A stretch of 64,000 nt of DNA from an uncultured Chloroflexia bacterium (GCA_963849495.1 CAWKHN010000009.1:20164-84163), one strand, 5' to 3'. Numbered from the stretch's first letter, positions 1-9,763 are shown. Program-made: numbers and translations. The notes: generated by a model not told the origin, from the letters alone.

Positions 1-1531
1 TCTGCTTCCGGGTCAGGTTGCCCGCGCGATGCCACGCATCGCCGAACTCGCCGCCGCCCCGGATGTGGGCGACCGCGTAGACCGCGCCCTGCTCGAGCCA
101 GGCAAGGAGGACGGGATCGAAGGCGGGCTCCATGCTGAGCCCGTACCCGCCGTATCCGTACAGGAGCGTCGCGGTCGAGCCGTCGAGTGCGGTCCGACGC
201 GGCCGGAGGATGCTGATCGGGATCTTCGTCCCGTCCTTCGACACGGCCTCGTCGCGGACGACCTCGACCCCCGAGAAGTCGGCCGTCGAGGTGACCCGCA
301 GGGGCGTCGGCCGCGGCTCGCCCGAACCCGCCCAGCGGAAGAATGCCTCGGGCTCCGTGTAGCTGACCCGGCTGAACAGCACCTCGTCGCCATCGAGCCG
401 CACCAGCGACCGGATGGCCGAGACCTCGGGGCCCGGCGCGGTGCCGAGCAACCGGCCATCGGTGTCGAAGGCCTCGAGCCGGGACGGGCCGCCCTCGAGA
501 CGCGCCACGTAGATGCGGTTGCGCGTGACCGCCCATTTCGCGATCGACGCGCCCGTCTCGGCGATGACCACGGACGCGGAAGCGAGGTCGCCTTCGAACG
601 GCAGGCGGAGAAGCTTCCCGTTGGGCGCGCCGGCAAGGCTGCGGAGCCACACGGCATCGGACCCGAAGGCCCCGCCCACGACCTGGTCCTCGAGCGTCGA
701 CAGGCGCCGCCAGCGGCCATCGGGATCCCGGAGCCACGTCTCGGCATCGCCGCCGTCGCCGTTTGCGACGCGGGCGAACACGCGTCGCCCGTCCTCGGAC
801 GACACCATCGCCACCTCGGCGATCCGCGGGAACTCGCGGCCCACCTCGTAGGCATCCGACTCAACCGGCGTGCCGAGCTCGTGGCGCCAGACCTGCTGGT
901 AGAAGTGCAGGTCGGCCGCGGCCCGCTCGCCCTCGCCCGGATAGCGCGTGTAGAGCAGCGATCGTGATCCCTCGAGCCAGGCGACGCTCCCGCTGGCGGT
1001 CCCGTACTGGACGCGCGGGATCCGCTCGCCGACCTCCTGCGCCGTCCGGACGTCGAACACGTGGAGCGTGCCGTCCTCGCTGCCGCCGACCGAGAGCGAG
1101 ACGGCGACGAGGGCCCCGTCGAGCGATGGGACGGCCCAGTCGATCGCGGTGGATCCGGTCGGATCCAGCGTGTTCGGGTCGACGACGACGCGCTCGGTCG
1201 ACAGGTCGCCCACGTCGCCGAAGGCGACGAGGAGCATCTGCTGGAGCGGTGGCTGGAGCTTGTAGGCGAACAGGTCACCGCCGCGCGAGCCAATTGCGGC
1301 GTAGCGGACGGATGTGCCGAGGAGCTCGCCGACCCGCTGGCGAAGGATCGGGTGCGAGGGCAGCGCATCGAGATGCGCGCGCGCCACGCGGTTCTGGGCC
1401 TCGCTCCACGCACGGACCTCGGGGTCGGCGCGATCCTCGAGCCACCGGTAGTCATCGACCACCTCAACACCGTGATAGGTGTCGACGACGGGGCGGCGCG
1501 GTGTCGGGGGGAACTGGGGACGATCGCTCAT
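1..1531 (-). CDS. Prolyl oligopeptidase family (S9A) serine peptidase; C-terminus runs off the window start
   Basis: Manual translation from ATG 1531 (absent from the ORF track because no stop lies in the window): MSDRPQFPPTPRRPVVDTYHGVEVVDDYRWLED...LLYGYGGYG...VAHIRGGGEFGDAWHRAG, the classic POP N-terminus and catalytic-domain motifs. Confidence 0.93.
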   Translation of the reverse strand, partial: MSDRPQFPPTPRRPVVDTYHGVEVVDDYRWLEDRADPEVRAWSEAQNRVARAHLDALPSHPILRQRVGELLGTSVRYAAIGSRGGDLFAYKLQPPLQQMLLVAFGDVGDLSTERVVVDPNTLDPTGSTAIDWAVPSLDGALVAVSLSVGGSEDGTLHVFDVRTAQEVGERIPRVQYGTASGSVAWLEGSRSLLYTRYPGEGERAAADLHFYQQVWRHELGTPVESDAYEVGREFPRIAEVAMVSSEDGRRVFARVANGDGGDAETWLRDPDGRWRRLSTLEDQVVGGAFGSDAVWLRSLAGAPNGKLLRLPFEGDLASASVVIAETGASIAKWAVTRNRIYVARLEGGPSRLEAFDTDGRLLGTAPGPEVSAIRSLVRLDGDEVLFSRVSYTEPEAFFRWAGSGEPRPTPLRVTSTADFSGVEVVRDEAVSKDGTKIPISILRPRRTALDGSTATLLYGYGGYGLSMEPAFDPVLLAWLEQGAVYAVAHIRGGGEFGDAWHRAGNLTRKQ

Positions 1532-1672
1532 CCATCGAGTCTAGACCGCAGTCATGCCCCGGTGGGCTCGCCGAGCCCGATCCCGCCGTCGCCTCCGAGG
1601 GCTCACATCGGGCCAAGTCGCTCGCGGCTTCCGGCCACGTGGATCTGTTTCGAGCAGGGATCCCACCCAACC

Positions 1673-2590
1673 ATGACTGCCGTGGCAATCGTCGCGCACG
1701 GCATCGACGACCGGACCATCACGCTCGCGGACGGACGCCGGCTCGGCTTCGCGCAGTCGGGCATGGCCGACGGGGCGCCCGTTGTGCTCGTGCCCGGTTA
1801 CGGCCATTCGCGCCTTGCCTTTGGCGATCCTGCGATCACCGAGGCGGCTGGAATCCGTCTCATCTCGGTGGACATGCCGGGCGTTGGCCTCTCCGATCGA
1901 TGGCCCGGCTACACGCTGCTGCGCTGGACCGAGGATCTTGGCGCGCTCGCCGACGCCCTCAACCTTCCCCGGTTCGCGGTCGGCGGGTGGTCGTGGGGAG
2001 CCCCGTACGCGCTGGCGGCGGCATATTGCCTGCCCGAGCGCGTCTCCGTCGTCGGGATGATCTCGGGTCTCGCGGGCTGGCTGGCCGGGCCTGGCGCCGT
2101 CGACGACGTCCGACCGGAGTTCCGCACGTTCGCCACGTGGTGCCGACGCCTGCGGCCGGCGGCCCGCGCGTTCACCGCGTTCCAGGCGCGCGGGTTCCGC
2201 CGGGATCCGGACGGCACGGTACACCGGGAGGCCGCCGAGACCGGTGGCGACGACGCGGCTGTCGAGGCAGGGAGCTCGACCCATGCCATGCTCGTGGCGA
2301 GTGGCCATGAGGTTTGGGACCGCGGCGGAGCCGGCACATACGACCACAGCCTCGCGGTGACGCAGCCGTGGGGCTTTCCGCTTGAAGACATCCGGACGCA
2401 CGTGGAGATCTGGCAGGGGACGGCCGACCGGGAGATCCTGGCCGGGATGGCGGACAAGGCACGGGCGAAGCTCTCCGACGCGAACCTGCACCTGCGCGAG
2501 GAGCAAGGGCACCTACTCGTGTTCAAGGAGTGGGCGGCCATTCTGGCGACGCTGGCCCCGGAGCGGACATCGGTCCGCATTGCCGGCTGA
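1673..2590 (+). CDS. Alpha/beta hydrolase
   Basis: In ORF 1061..2590, start moved to ATG 1673. GxSxG nucleophile (GWSWG), DMPGVGLS and C-terminal His (QGHLL). Confidence 0.88.
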   Translation: MTAVAIVAHGIDDRTITLADGRRLGFAQSGMADGAPVVLVPGYGHSRLAFGDPAITEAAGIRLISVDMPGVGLSDRWPGYTLLRWTEDLGALADALNLPRFAVGGWSWGAPYALAAAYCLPERVSVVGMISGLAGWLAGPGAVDDVRPEFRTFATWCRRLRPAARAFTAFQARGFRRDPDGTVHREAAETGGDDAAVEAGSSTHAMLVASGHEVWDRGGAGTYDHSLAVTQPWGFPLEDIRTHVEIWQGTADREILAGMADKARAKLSDANLHLREEQGHLLVFKEWAAILATLAPERTSVRIAG

Positions 2591-2659
2591 CCCTGCCGGC
2601 AGCAGCGGCGAGCATCTCGACTTACCAACCGTCCTTGACGCACAAGAGGCGCTGCCTAC

Positions 2660-2689
2660 TTGACAGGTGACCATCTGGTCACATATTGT
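2660..2689 (+). promoter_or_regulatory. Sigma70-type promoter with palindromic operator in the spacer
   Basis: TTGACA 2660-2665, TATTGT 2684-2689, and inverted repeat GTGACC-ATCT-GGTCAC 2667-2682, directly upstream of an ArsR-family gene. Confidence 0.75.
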
Positions 2690-2696
2690 TCCGCTC

Positions 2697-3449
2697 ATGG
2701 ACGACGTGTTCAGAGCCCTCGCCGATCCGACTCGTCGGAGCCTGCTCGATGAGCTGTTTCGCGAGGACGGACAGTCGCTGGGCGAGCTCGAGGCCCGCCT
2801 CCCGATGTCGCGCTTCGGCGTGATGAAGCACCTGCGGATCCTGGAGGATGCGCGCCTCATCTCAACCCGCCGCAGGGGACGCCGGAAGCTCCACTTCCTG
2901 AACCCCGTCCCGATCAGGCTCGTCCACGACCGCTGGGTGAGCAAGTACGCCGAGCCCTGGGCGGCAGCGCTCAGTGGCCTCAAGGAGCAGCTGGAGCGCC
3001 CCATGGAAAAGGTGTTCGAGATCTACATCAAGACGACCCCGGAGCGCCTGTGGGAGGCGATCACGGACCCGGACATCCGCGCCAGGTACAACTTCGGTGC
3101 CCGCCAGGTCTCCGACTGGACGCCGGGATCCGAGTACCGGATGGGTGCGCCCGGCGCGCCCGGCCCCCTCGGCGAGGGGGTGAACCTGGAGGTCGATCCG
3201 CCGCGGCGGCTGGTCCAGACGATGGTCGCCCTGTGGGGCGAGGACGTGAAGGCCGAGGGGACGTCGCGGATCACGTGGGAGATCGAGCCTATCGGGGACT
3301 CGTGCCATCTCACCGTCACCCACGACCAGCTTCGCGAGGGGGCGAACGAGCAGCTGTACGGCGGCTGGCCGATGATCCTGTCCGGGCTCAAGACCTGGCT
3401 CGAGACGGGCGAGCTGCTCACGACCCCCGGCTCGCTCAGGTACGGCTGA
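2697..3449 (+). CDS. ArsR-family HTH regulator fused to an SRPBCC/AHA1-like domain
   Basis: VFRALADPTRRSLLDEL...VMKHLRILEDARLI (ArsR), followed by VFEIYIKTTPERLWEAITDP...GWPMILSGLKTWLETG (SRPBCC). Confidence 0.92.
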   Translation: MDDVFRALADPTRRSLLDELFREDGQSLGELEARLPMSRFGVMKHLRILEDARLISTRRRGRRKLHFLNPVPIRLVHDRWVSKYAEPWAAALSGLKEQLERPMEKVFEIYIKTTPERLWEAITDPDIRARYNFGARQVSDWTPGSEYRMGAPGAPGPLGEGVNLEVDPPRRLVQTMVALWGEDVKAEGTSRITWEIEPIGDSCHLTVTHDQLREGANEQLYGGWPMILSGLKTWLETGELLTTPGSLRYG

Positions 3450-3524
3450 CCGGGGCAACCAGCGACCCGATCGCCCATCAGGGCAGGACGGGGGCCGACG
3501 TGTCCTTGTGCTAGGCTCCCCCGC

Positions 3525-4997
3525 GTGAATTCAGGTTCGAGTGGTCGCCGAATGGCCACACCGCGGTCGCCGGGTCGCACCCCGCCCCGGTTGGCGATTC
3601 CGGCTGGACGCAGTCCAAGGGACAGGGCGCCGTTGGTCGGCGCACTCCTGTCATTCCTCTGGCCAGGGCTGGGCGAGCTCTACGCGGGCGCGCCGCGTCG
3701 CGCGGCGATCTTCGCTCTGCCGACGCTCGCGGTCGCGCTGTGGCTGGGTTGGCTGGCACTCGGGGGCTTGACTCGCCTCGCGTTCGACATGTTCGACACC
3801 GGCTTCTCGTCGCTCCTGCTGGGGGCGATCGTGCTCACGGGGATCCTCCGCGTTGTTTCCATCGTCGATGCGCACAGGATGCTGTCGCGGACGCGCCCGC
3901 GCTCGCGCTCATTCCCAGCGGCGACGATCCTGGTTGCGCTCGCGCTGCTCGCCCATGGCGTGGCCGGCTACTACACGGCCTCGTTCTATTCCGCGGGCAG
4001 CCAGATCTTCCATGGCGGGGGAAACGGCACGCAGGGGAACGGCGCCGGGGCCGGCTCGACCGCCGGTGACGCAACGCCCTCGCCCGGTTCGTCTTTTGAC
4101 CCGTTTGCGAACGCGAACCTGCCGACGCCGCCGGCACCGAGCTCGCGGATCAACATCTTGCTGCTGGGTGCCGACAGCGGCATGGGCTACAACCATGCTC
4201 TGACAGACTCGCAGATCGTGGTCAGCATCGACCCGACGACCAAATCGGTCGTCATGGCCAGCATCCCGCGCGACATGGCACAGTTCCCGCTCTACAGCGG
4301 CGGGACCTATAACGGCAAGATCAACTCGCTGATGTCGACGGCGCTCGCGGATCCCCGCAAGTACCCGGACGGAGGGGTGGGCACGCTCGCCAAGGAAATC
4401 GGATACCTGATCGGGATCCCGATCAACTACTACGCGTTTGTCAACCTGGCGGGGTTTGCCAAGGTCATCGAGACAGTGGGCGGCGTTGACGTCGTCAATC
4501 CCGCTCCAATTGCCGACGCCGGGTACCAGTTCCCCGACGGCAAGACCGGGTTCTACTTGAGCGCTGGCCCACACCACCTCGACAGCCGGCTCGCACTCGC
4601 CTTCGTGCGCACGCGCCAGGGAATCGGGGACAACGACTACACGCGGGCGAGGCGCCAGCAGCTCGTTCTCGAGGCTCTGCGACACGAGCTGGCAACTCCG
4701 GCCACGCTGCCCCGCATCCCTGCGCTCCTCGACGCGCTGTCCAAGACCATCCAGACGAACTTTCCTGTCGCCAGGCTGGCGGACATGATGGACCTTGCCC
4801 AGCAGATCCCGGATTCCGCGATCCAGAAGTTCGTTCTGGGGCCGCCGTATGCCGAGACACCGCCCCTTTCGACGACCGGCGGCGTCTGGCTCCTGCGCCC
4901 TAACATGACGGTGATCAAGAAGTGGTCCGCGACGACATTCGGCGCCGATAGCGTCTACTACGTGGCCCCGACGCCGAGCCCGCAGTCGTCGCCCTGA
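3525..4997 (+). CDS. LCP (LytR-CpsA-Psr) family cell-wall ligase with multi-TM N-terminus
   Basis: NILLLGAD, TDSQIVVSID, SIPRD, KINS, ALAFVRTR, NDYTRARRQQ motifs; several N-terminal hydrophobic segments. Confidence 0.9.
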   Translation: MNSGSSGRRMATPRSPGRTPPRLAIPAGRSPRDRAPLVGALLSFLWPGLGELYAGAPRRAAIFALPTLAVALWLGWLALGGLTRLAFDMFDTGFSSLLLGAIVLTGILRVVSIVDAHRMLSRTRPRSRSFPAATILVALALLAHGVAGYYTASFYSAGSQIFHGGGNGTQGNGAGAGSTAGDATPSPGSSFDPFANANLPTPPAPSSRINILLLGADSGMGYNHALTDSQIVVSIDPTTKSVVMASIPRDMAQFPLYSGGTYNGKINSLMSTALADPRKYPDGGVGTLAKEIGYLIGIPINYYAFVNLAGFAKVIETVGGVDVVNPAPIADAGYQFPDGKTGFYLSAGPHHLDSRLALAFVRTRQGIGDNDYTRARRQQLVLEALRHELATPATLPRIPALLDALSKTIQTNFPVARLADMMDLAQQIPDSAIQKFVLGPPYAETPPLSTTGGVWLLRPNMTVIKKWSATTFGADSVYYVAPTPSPQSSP

Positions 4998-5052
4998 TCA
5001 CCTTCCGGGCTGGCCTTGCGTCCGTTGTTCGGAGCACCCCCGCCGCGCTGGC

Positions 5053-6045
5053 TCAGGGGCTGACGGCCCAGGGGAACAGCGTGGCCGCTGTCTTGCGGAT
5101 CGCCGCAAGGTTCGGCTCGAGTGCATAGCCACAGGCGCAGGAGACAGAGCTCGAGTAGGTCTTCGGGCCGAACACCGTGCCCGTGACCACCGACCCGCTC
5201 GGCACGGATCCGATCGCCGTGATCAACGCGGGCACCTGGGACAGCGGGAAGTCCGTGATCATGTTGCTCGCAGCCGTCAGCAGCGCCGCGAGCAACGCCG
5301 GCTTGGACAGCAGCTGGTTGCCCGCGGCCGTGAGCAGGACCTGCTGCCGGCGGGAGCGCTCGAAGTCGTTGTCGCCCTGGCGGGTCCGGGCGTAGATCAG
5401 GGCACGCGCGCCTGGCATGACCTGGAAGCCCGCGTTGAAGCGGATACCGACGTTGTTCGTGGTGATCTGGTAGTAGGGATCGACGACGGTCTTGGGCACG
5501 TTGACGCGAAGCCCGCCCATCGCGTTCACCAGGTTGGTGAACCCCGAGAACGTCGTGGCTGCGAAGTAGTCGATGTGGATCCCCAGCAGCTTGCCCATCA
5601 GGTCCGCCGTTGCCCGGCCGGCACCCTGGGGGTAGCGCCCGGGGTTGGCTGCTGCGAAGTCGTAGAACGCGTTGACCTTCTGCCCTTTGAACACACCGCC
5701 GTCCGGCAACGGGACATCGATGGTGTCGCGGGGTAGCGACGCGTACGAGACCGTGCGCTTCACCGGGTCGATGCCGACAACGATGATGGCATCGGTGCGG
5801 AAGCCATTATCGCCGCCGAGGACGAGGACGGTGAACGGTCGCGTCGTCAAGTCGGCAGGCAGTGGCGTCGCGCTCGGAGTCGGGCTCGCCTCGATTGATC
5901 CCGATGGCGCCTGCGAGGCCGATCCAGAGGTGTCCGGCGAGGCGCTCGTGGCGGCGAGCGAGGGAGGAGCGGTGGGCGGCGTGCTGCCGCAGGCGGCGAC
6001 GATGAAAACCATCAGGGTTGCGAGCAGCACGCGGGCCTGTTGCAT
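5053..6045 (-). CDS. LCP family protein, predicted lipoprotein
   Basis: Start ATG 6045; lipobox VAAC; TDAIIVVGID, SLPRDT, LIYARTR, NDFERSRRQQ motifs. Confidence 0.88.
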   Translation of the reverse strand: MQQARVLLATLMVFIVAACGSTPPTAPPSLAATSASPDTSGSASQAPSGSIEASPTPSATPLPADLTTRPFTVLVLGGDNGFRTDAIIVVGIDPVKRTVSYASLPRDTIDVPLPDGGVFKGQKVNAFYDFAAANPGRYPQGAGRATADLMGKLLGIHIDYFAATTFSGFTNLVNAMGGLRVNVPKTVVDPYYQITTNNVGIRFNAGFQVMPGARALIYARTRQGDNDFERSRRQQVLLTAAGNQLLSKPALLAALLTAASNMITDFPLSQVPALITAIGSVPSGSVVTGTVFGPKTYSSSVSCACGYALEPNLAAIRKTAATLFPWAVSP

Positions 6046-6266
6046 GGGACGTAGGGTAGCAGCCGACCTCGCCGAGCCGCCGGCGTCACCGCGATCGCGG
6101 CCACCCACGACCCGGCCATGCTCGACGTTGCCGACCGGGTCCTCAGCCTGCACGACGGCCGTCTCACCGACCCGTCCTGAGCAGCCCTGCGCGAGCGGCG
6201 GTTCGGCACTTGGCCCGGCCGGCGCGCCAGACCATGATCGAAGACACGCGCAAAGGAGGTCCGGTC

Positions 6267-6881
6267 ATGGTGTTCAAGGCTGTGCGTCTTGTGGCAACCG
6301 GTGTCGCGATCGGGATCGTGGCCGACCGGGTCTGGTTCGAGCTGCAGAAGCCCGCCGCGCAGCAGTTCCCGTGGCTGCGCAAGGGCGTGAACGAGACCGT
6401 GAATCCGTGGCTGATGGAGCACGGCATCCCGGGCGGCGCCCATGCGGAGATCGCGACGCTCGAGCATGTCGGCCGAACGTCCGGCACCACGTACTACACC
6501 CCGGTCCATCCGACGGTCCGCGAGACCACCGTGCTCATTCCGGCACCGCTCGGAGTCGGGTCCCACTGGGTCCGCAACGTCCAGGTGGCCGGTCGCGCGC
6601 AGATGCAGTTCCACGAGATGCTGTACGAGCTGGATCGGCCGGAGCTGATCACCATCGGCGAGACGGGTATGTTCCCGTCGCGGGTCGCGGCGCCGTTCGA
6701 CCGGATGGGGTGGCGATACCTGCGCCTCAACCTCGCCGCGATGATCCCGGGGACATTTGCCAGCCACGCGGCGACGGTCCCGGCGGTCGACGGGATGCCG
6801 AGGATGGAGCCACCGCTCGACGGGGCGTACGACATCCCGGTTGAGCCGAAGATGGTGGACCGGGAGTCCTCGCCAGTCTGA
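6267..6881 (+). CDS. Nitroreductase/deazaflavin (F420)-dependent oxidoreductase family (DUF385-like)
   Basis: Strong SD AAAGGAGGT before ATG 6267; LEHVGRTSGTTYYTP and WVRNVQ motifs. Confidence 0.7.
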   Translation: MVFKAVRLVATGVAIGIVADRVWFELQKPAAQQFPWLRKGVNETVNPWLMEHGIPGGAHAEIATLEHVGRTSGTTYYTPVHPTVRETTVLIPAPLGVGSHWVRNVQVAGRAQMQFHEMLYELDRPELITIGETGMFPSRVAAPFDRMGWRYLRLNLAAMIPGTFASHAATVPAVDGMPRMEPPLDGAYDIPVEPKMVDRESSPV

Positions 6882-6922
6882 CCGCGGCCTGGCACCGGCT
6901 CGGGCCGGCGACCGACCTCGAC

Positions 6923-7435
6923 TCAGGACTGAAGGACGGGCGCGGTCTCCTTCTGCACGGTGGCCGCGATCTCCGTTGCCCATGTCTCGATCTCGGGCCA
7001 GGGCCGGAAATCCCCCTCGGGCGCGCGGACAGCGGCGAGGATCGCCTTCTCGCCGAGCCCCAGCAGCTTCTTGTCGATCCGGCCGGGGATCACGCGATGC
7101 TCCCGCGCACCCACGAGAGCGACCATCGCGGCCACGTCCACCGCCTCATCGAGGGGCTTGGGCGGATCACCGATCGGGCCGCTGGAGAACAGCCACACGG
7201 GCATCGTCGACAGGGCCGCGCGATGGCGCTCCAGGAGATCCCGGGCAGGCTCCAGCCAGCGGCCCACGTAGACCGCGCTGCCGAGGACGGCGGCATCGAA
7301 GCCATCGACGTCGCCGACGTCCGCCGGTGAGACGACGATCGCCTCCGCGCCCGCAGCGGTGAGCGCCGCCGCGATCGACGCCGCGACCTCTGTCGTCGCC
7401 CCGTGCCTCGAGGCCGCACTGACCAGCACCTTCAT
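6923..7435 (-). CDS. Flavodoxin-domain protein (HemG-like)
   Basis: MKVLVSAASRHGATTEVA, DAAVLGSAVYVGRW, VWLFSSGP and GDFRPW motifs. Confidence 0.85.
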   Translation of the reverse strand: MKVLVSAASRHGATTEVAASIAAALTAAGAEAIVVSPADVGDVDGFDAAVLGSAVYVGRWLEPARDLLERHRAALSTMPVWLFSSGPIGDPPKPLDEAVDVAAMVALVGAREHRVIPGRIDKKLLGLGEKAILAAVRAPEGDFRPWPEIETWATEIAATVQKETAPVLQS

Positions 7436-7606
7436 GACTGCCTCCCGAGCGTCGGTCGTGTCCGCGCTTCGCGTGGGCACAGTCTCCGGCGGGAGCGCAT
7501 CGGGAAGGAGGGCCGGATGGGGGGCTCCGAGGATCGGCTCGCCGGCACCGGCCCGGGCCGAATGGGCGCGCGCCGTGTCGCCCGTGCGTGAGCCCGACCG
7601 AGGCCC

Positions 7607-8308
7607 CTAGTTTCGCGTGCCGCCGGTCAGCCGGAGCAGGAACAGGAACAGGTTGATGAAGTTCAGGTACAGGTGGAGCGCCGCGAGGATGGAGGCACGC
7701 TCCTGGGTGCCGGCGAAGGCCGCATAGTCGCCGCGGGTGATGCGCTGAACGTCGTACGCGGTGAGGGCGGTGAACAGGATCACGCCGATGACCGAGATGA
7801 TCCAGCCGAGCGGGCTCGACGCCAGGAGCAGGTTCACGAGCGAGGCGATGATGATGCCGAACAGCGCCATGAACATCAGGCCGCCCAGGCCTGCCAGCTC
7901 GCGTCGGGTCGTGGCGCCGTAGAGCGCCGCGCCGCCGAACATCGCGGCGGCCGACACGAACGCGGTCACGACGGAGGCCCCGGTGTACAGGGACACGATG
8001 ACGCCAACGGTCAGGCCCATCGACGCCGCGTACACGAAGAACAGACCCAGGGTCGCGGTCGGCGACACGCGGTTGATGACGGCCTGGATGCCGATGATGA
8101 GGGCGAACTGGCCGATCACGATGAGGAGCAGCAGGTTGGTGGCGGCCTGGAGCAGCGCATCGCTGGTGTTCACGAGGTAGGCGACGCCGGCGGTCAGCAG
8201 CAGCCCTGCGAACATCCAGCCGAACGCTCCGACGAGCAGCTGCTGGACGAGAGCGGGTGACGGGCGAACGCCCAGTCGGGTGGGAGTCAACGGGGTTCCG
8301 AGCATCAT
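7607..8308 (-). CDS. Bax inhibitor-1/YccA family membrane protein
   Basis: About 7 TM segments; TAYDVQRI and ALHLYLNFINLFLFLLRL C-terminal signature. Confidence 0.92.
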   Translation of the reverse strand: MMLGTPLTPTRLGVRPSPALVQQLLVGAFGWMFAGLLLTAGVAYLVNTSDALLQAATNLLLLIVIGQFALIIGIQAVINRVSPTATLGLFFVYAASMGLTVGVIVSLYTGASVVTAFVSAAAMFGGAALYGATTRRELAGLGGLMFMALFGIIIASLVNLLLASSPLGWIISVIGVILFTALTAYDVQRITRGDYAAFAGTQERASILAALHLYLNFINLFLFLLRLTGGTRN

Positions 8309-8976
8309 GCGCTCCCTTCAGGTGACGGAGGTGCGGCGCGACCCGGACGACCGCGCGCGGCGCGGGCCGTGGTCGCTTCCCTGGCCTCGGCCTGCTCGGC
8401 GACCCGAGCGAGGATCCACAGCAGGTCCGCCAGGCGGTTCAGATAGGGCAGCAGGTGTCCGGCGGCGAGCGCGGGGTCCAGGGCAGCCAGCGTCACGGCC
8501 CGACGCTCGGCCCGACGCACGATCGTGCGTGCCAGCTCGAGCGAGGCGCTGACCCGGGTCTCGCCCGGGACGACGAACTCGCGCGGCAGCTCGATGCCGC
8601 GCTCCGTCTCGCGGAGCACGGTCTCCAGCCCCTCGAGCATCGCGACGGACACGCGCGTCTCCCCGTCCCGCTGCTTGTCACGCGCCTCCGGGTTGGTGGC
8701 GAGCTCGGCGCCGGCGACGAACAGCTCGCGCTGGAAGCGGAGGATGAGATCGCCCAGGCCCCCGAAGCCCGGCGACAGCACGCCGTACTGCTCCTTCATG
8801 CTGAGCTCGGCGCGGGCAAGCCCGAGGGCCGCCACACTCTCGTCGAGCGTCCCGTAGGCCTCCGTGCGGAGATCGTCCTTGCGCACCCGGTCGCCGCCGA
8901 ACAGGAGGCCGGTCGTGCCATCGTCGCCTCGGCCGGTCGCCACCGCGGAATCGAAGGAAAGTCGTCGGTTGGTCAT
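8305..8976 (-). CDS. ATP:cob(I)alamin adenosyltransferase (PduO type)
   Basis: TGRGDDGTTGL, RVRKDDLRTEAYGTLDE, ARTIVRRAERR and YLNRLADLLW motifs. Confidence 0.92.
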   Translation of the reverse strand: MTNRRLSFDSAVATGRGDDGTTGLLFGGDRVRKDDLRTEAYGTLDESVAALGLARAELSMKEQYGVLSPGFGGLGDLILRFQRELFVAGAELATNPEARDKQRDGETRVSVAMLEGLETVLRETERGIELPREFVVPGETRVSASLELARTIVRRAERRAVTLAALDPALAAGHLLPYLNRLADLLWILARVAEQAEAREATTARAARGRPGRAAPPSPEGSA

Positions 8977-9019
8977 CGTCGGGTCGTCATCGTCGGGTGC
9001 GCGTCGAGGGTGATCCGGG

Positions 9020-9361
9020 TCACCACATCAGGCCGGCGTCGCGCGGATCCCAGCGCTCGGCCAGCAGCGTCACCTTGACCGGATGCTCGACGACGCTCTC
9101 GGCCTGCTCCTTCACCTGCTGGATCATCGCTCCCGCATAGGGGCAGAAGGGCGTAGTGAGGATCATCTTCACCTCGGTGGAATCGGGACCGAGGATGATC
9201 TGCCGGATGAGCGCCAGCTCCACGACGTTCATCCCGATCTCGGGATCGACGACGGCCCGAAGGGCATCGAGGATGGCGAGCTCGGTGGCGCGGCGCTGTG
9301 GGTCGAATGCCGCGGCGGCGTCAGTGCCGGTGTCCGGGGCGGCGGGCTGCGTGTCGGTCAT
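9020..9361 (-). CDS. Metal-sulfur cluster assembly factor (SufT/DUF59)
   Basis: LRAVVDPEIGMNVVELAL and LTTPFCP motifs. Confidence 0.9.
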   Translation of the reverse strand: MTDTQPAAPDTGTDAAAAFDPQRRATELAILDALRAVVDPEIGMNVVELALIRQIILGPDSTEVKMILTTPFCPYAGAMIQQVKEQAESVVEHPVKVTLLAERWDPRDAGLMW

Positions 9362-9428
9362 GGTCGGGAAATCCTACCATCTTGCTCGGAAATGGCCGCC
9401 GAGGCGCGAGGCCGGGACGACCACCGGC

Positions 9429-9755
9429 TCACGCCGGTGCCGGGACCCCGATCACGACGCCGGGGACGCGCAACCGGTCCGGGAGCGCCGCCGCCTCTTC
9501 GTCCGTGAGGCCGGGGCCCGCGAGTGTGCCGGCGGGATCGAAGAAGTCAGCGTAGCGATCCCGATGCCCGGCCGCGTACACGAAGGCCTCGGCGATGCCG
9601 AGGAGCCGCAGCTCCGGGTGGTCCTTGAGCATGTCGACCGCAGTCAGCCCGTGGGCACGCAGCTCCAGGACCTGGCGCACGGTCAGACGGCTGCCGTAGC
9701 AGAATGGCTCGCCGTTCATCACGAGCGGGTCGACCTTGACCCACTTGATCGTCAT
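9429..9755 (-). CDS. DUF433 domain protein
   Basis: VDPLVMNGEPFCYGSRLTVRQVLE...DHPEL matches the DUF433 pattern; start ATG 9755. Confidence 0.8.
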   Translation of the reverse strand: MTIKWVKVDPLVMNGEPFCYGSRLTVRQVLELRAHGLTAVDMLKDHPELRLLGIAEAFVYAAGHRDRYADFFDPAGTLAGPGLTDEEAAALPDRLRVPGVVIGVPAPA

Positions 9756-9763
9756 CGGTGTCC

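Noticed and set aside
13-1470. Track ORF of 485 aa on the minus strand (also 29..967 + and 763..2310 +)
   Set aside because: Arg/Ser/Pro-rich shadow frames. The true gene is the prolyl oligopeptidase in another minus frame, which has no stop inside the window.
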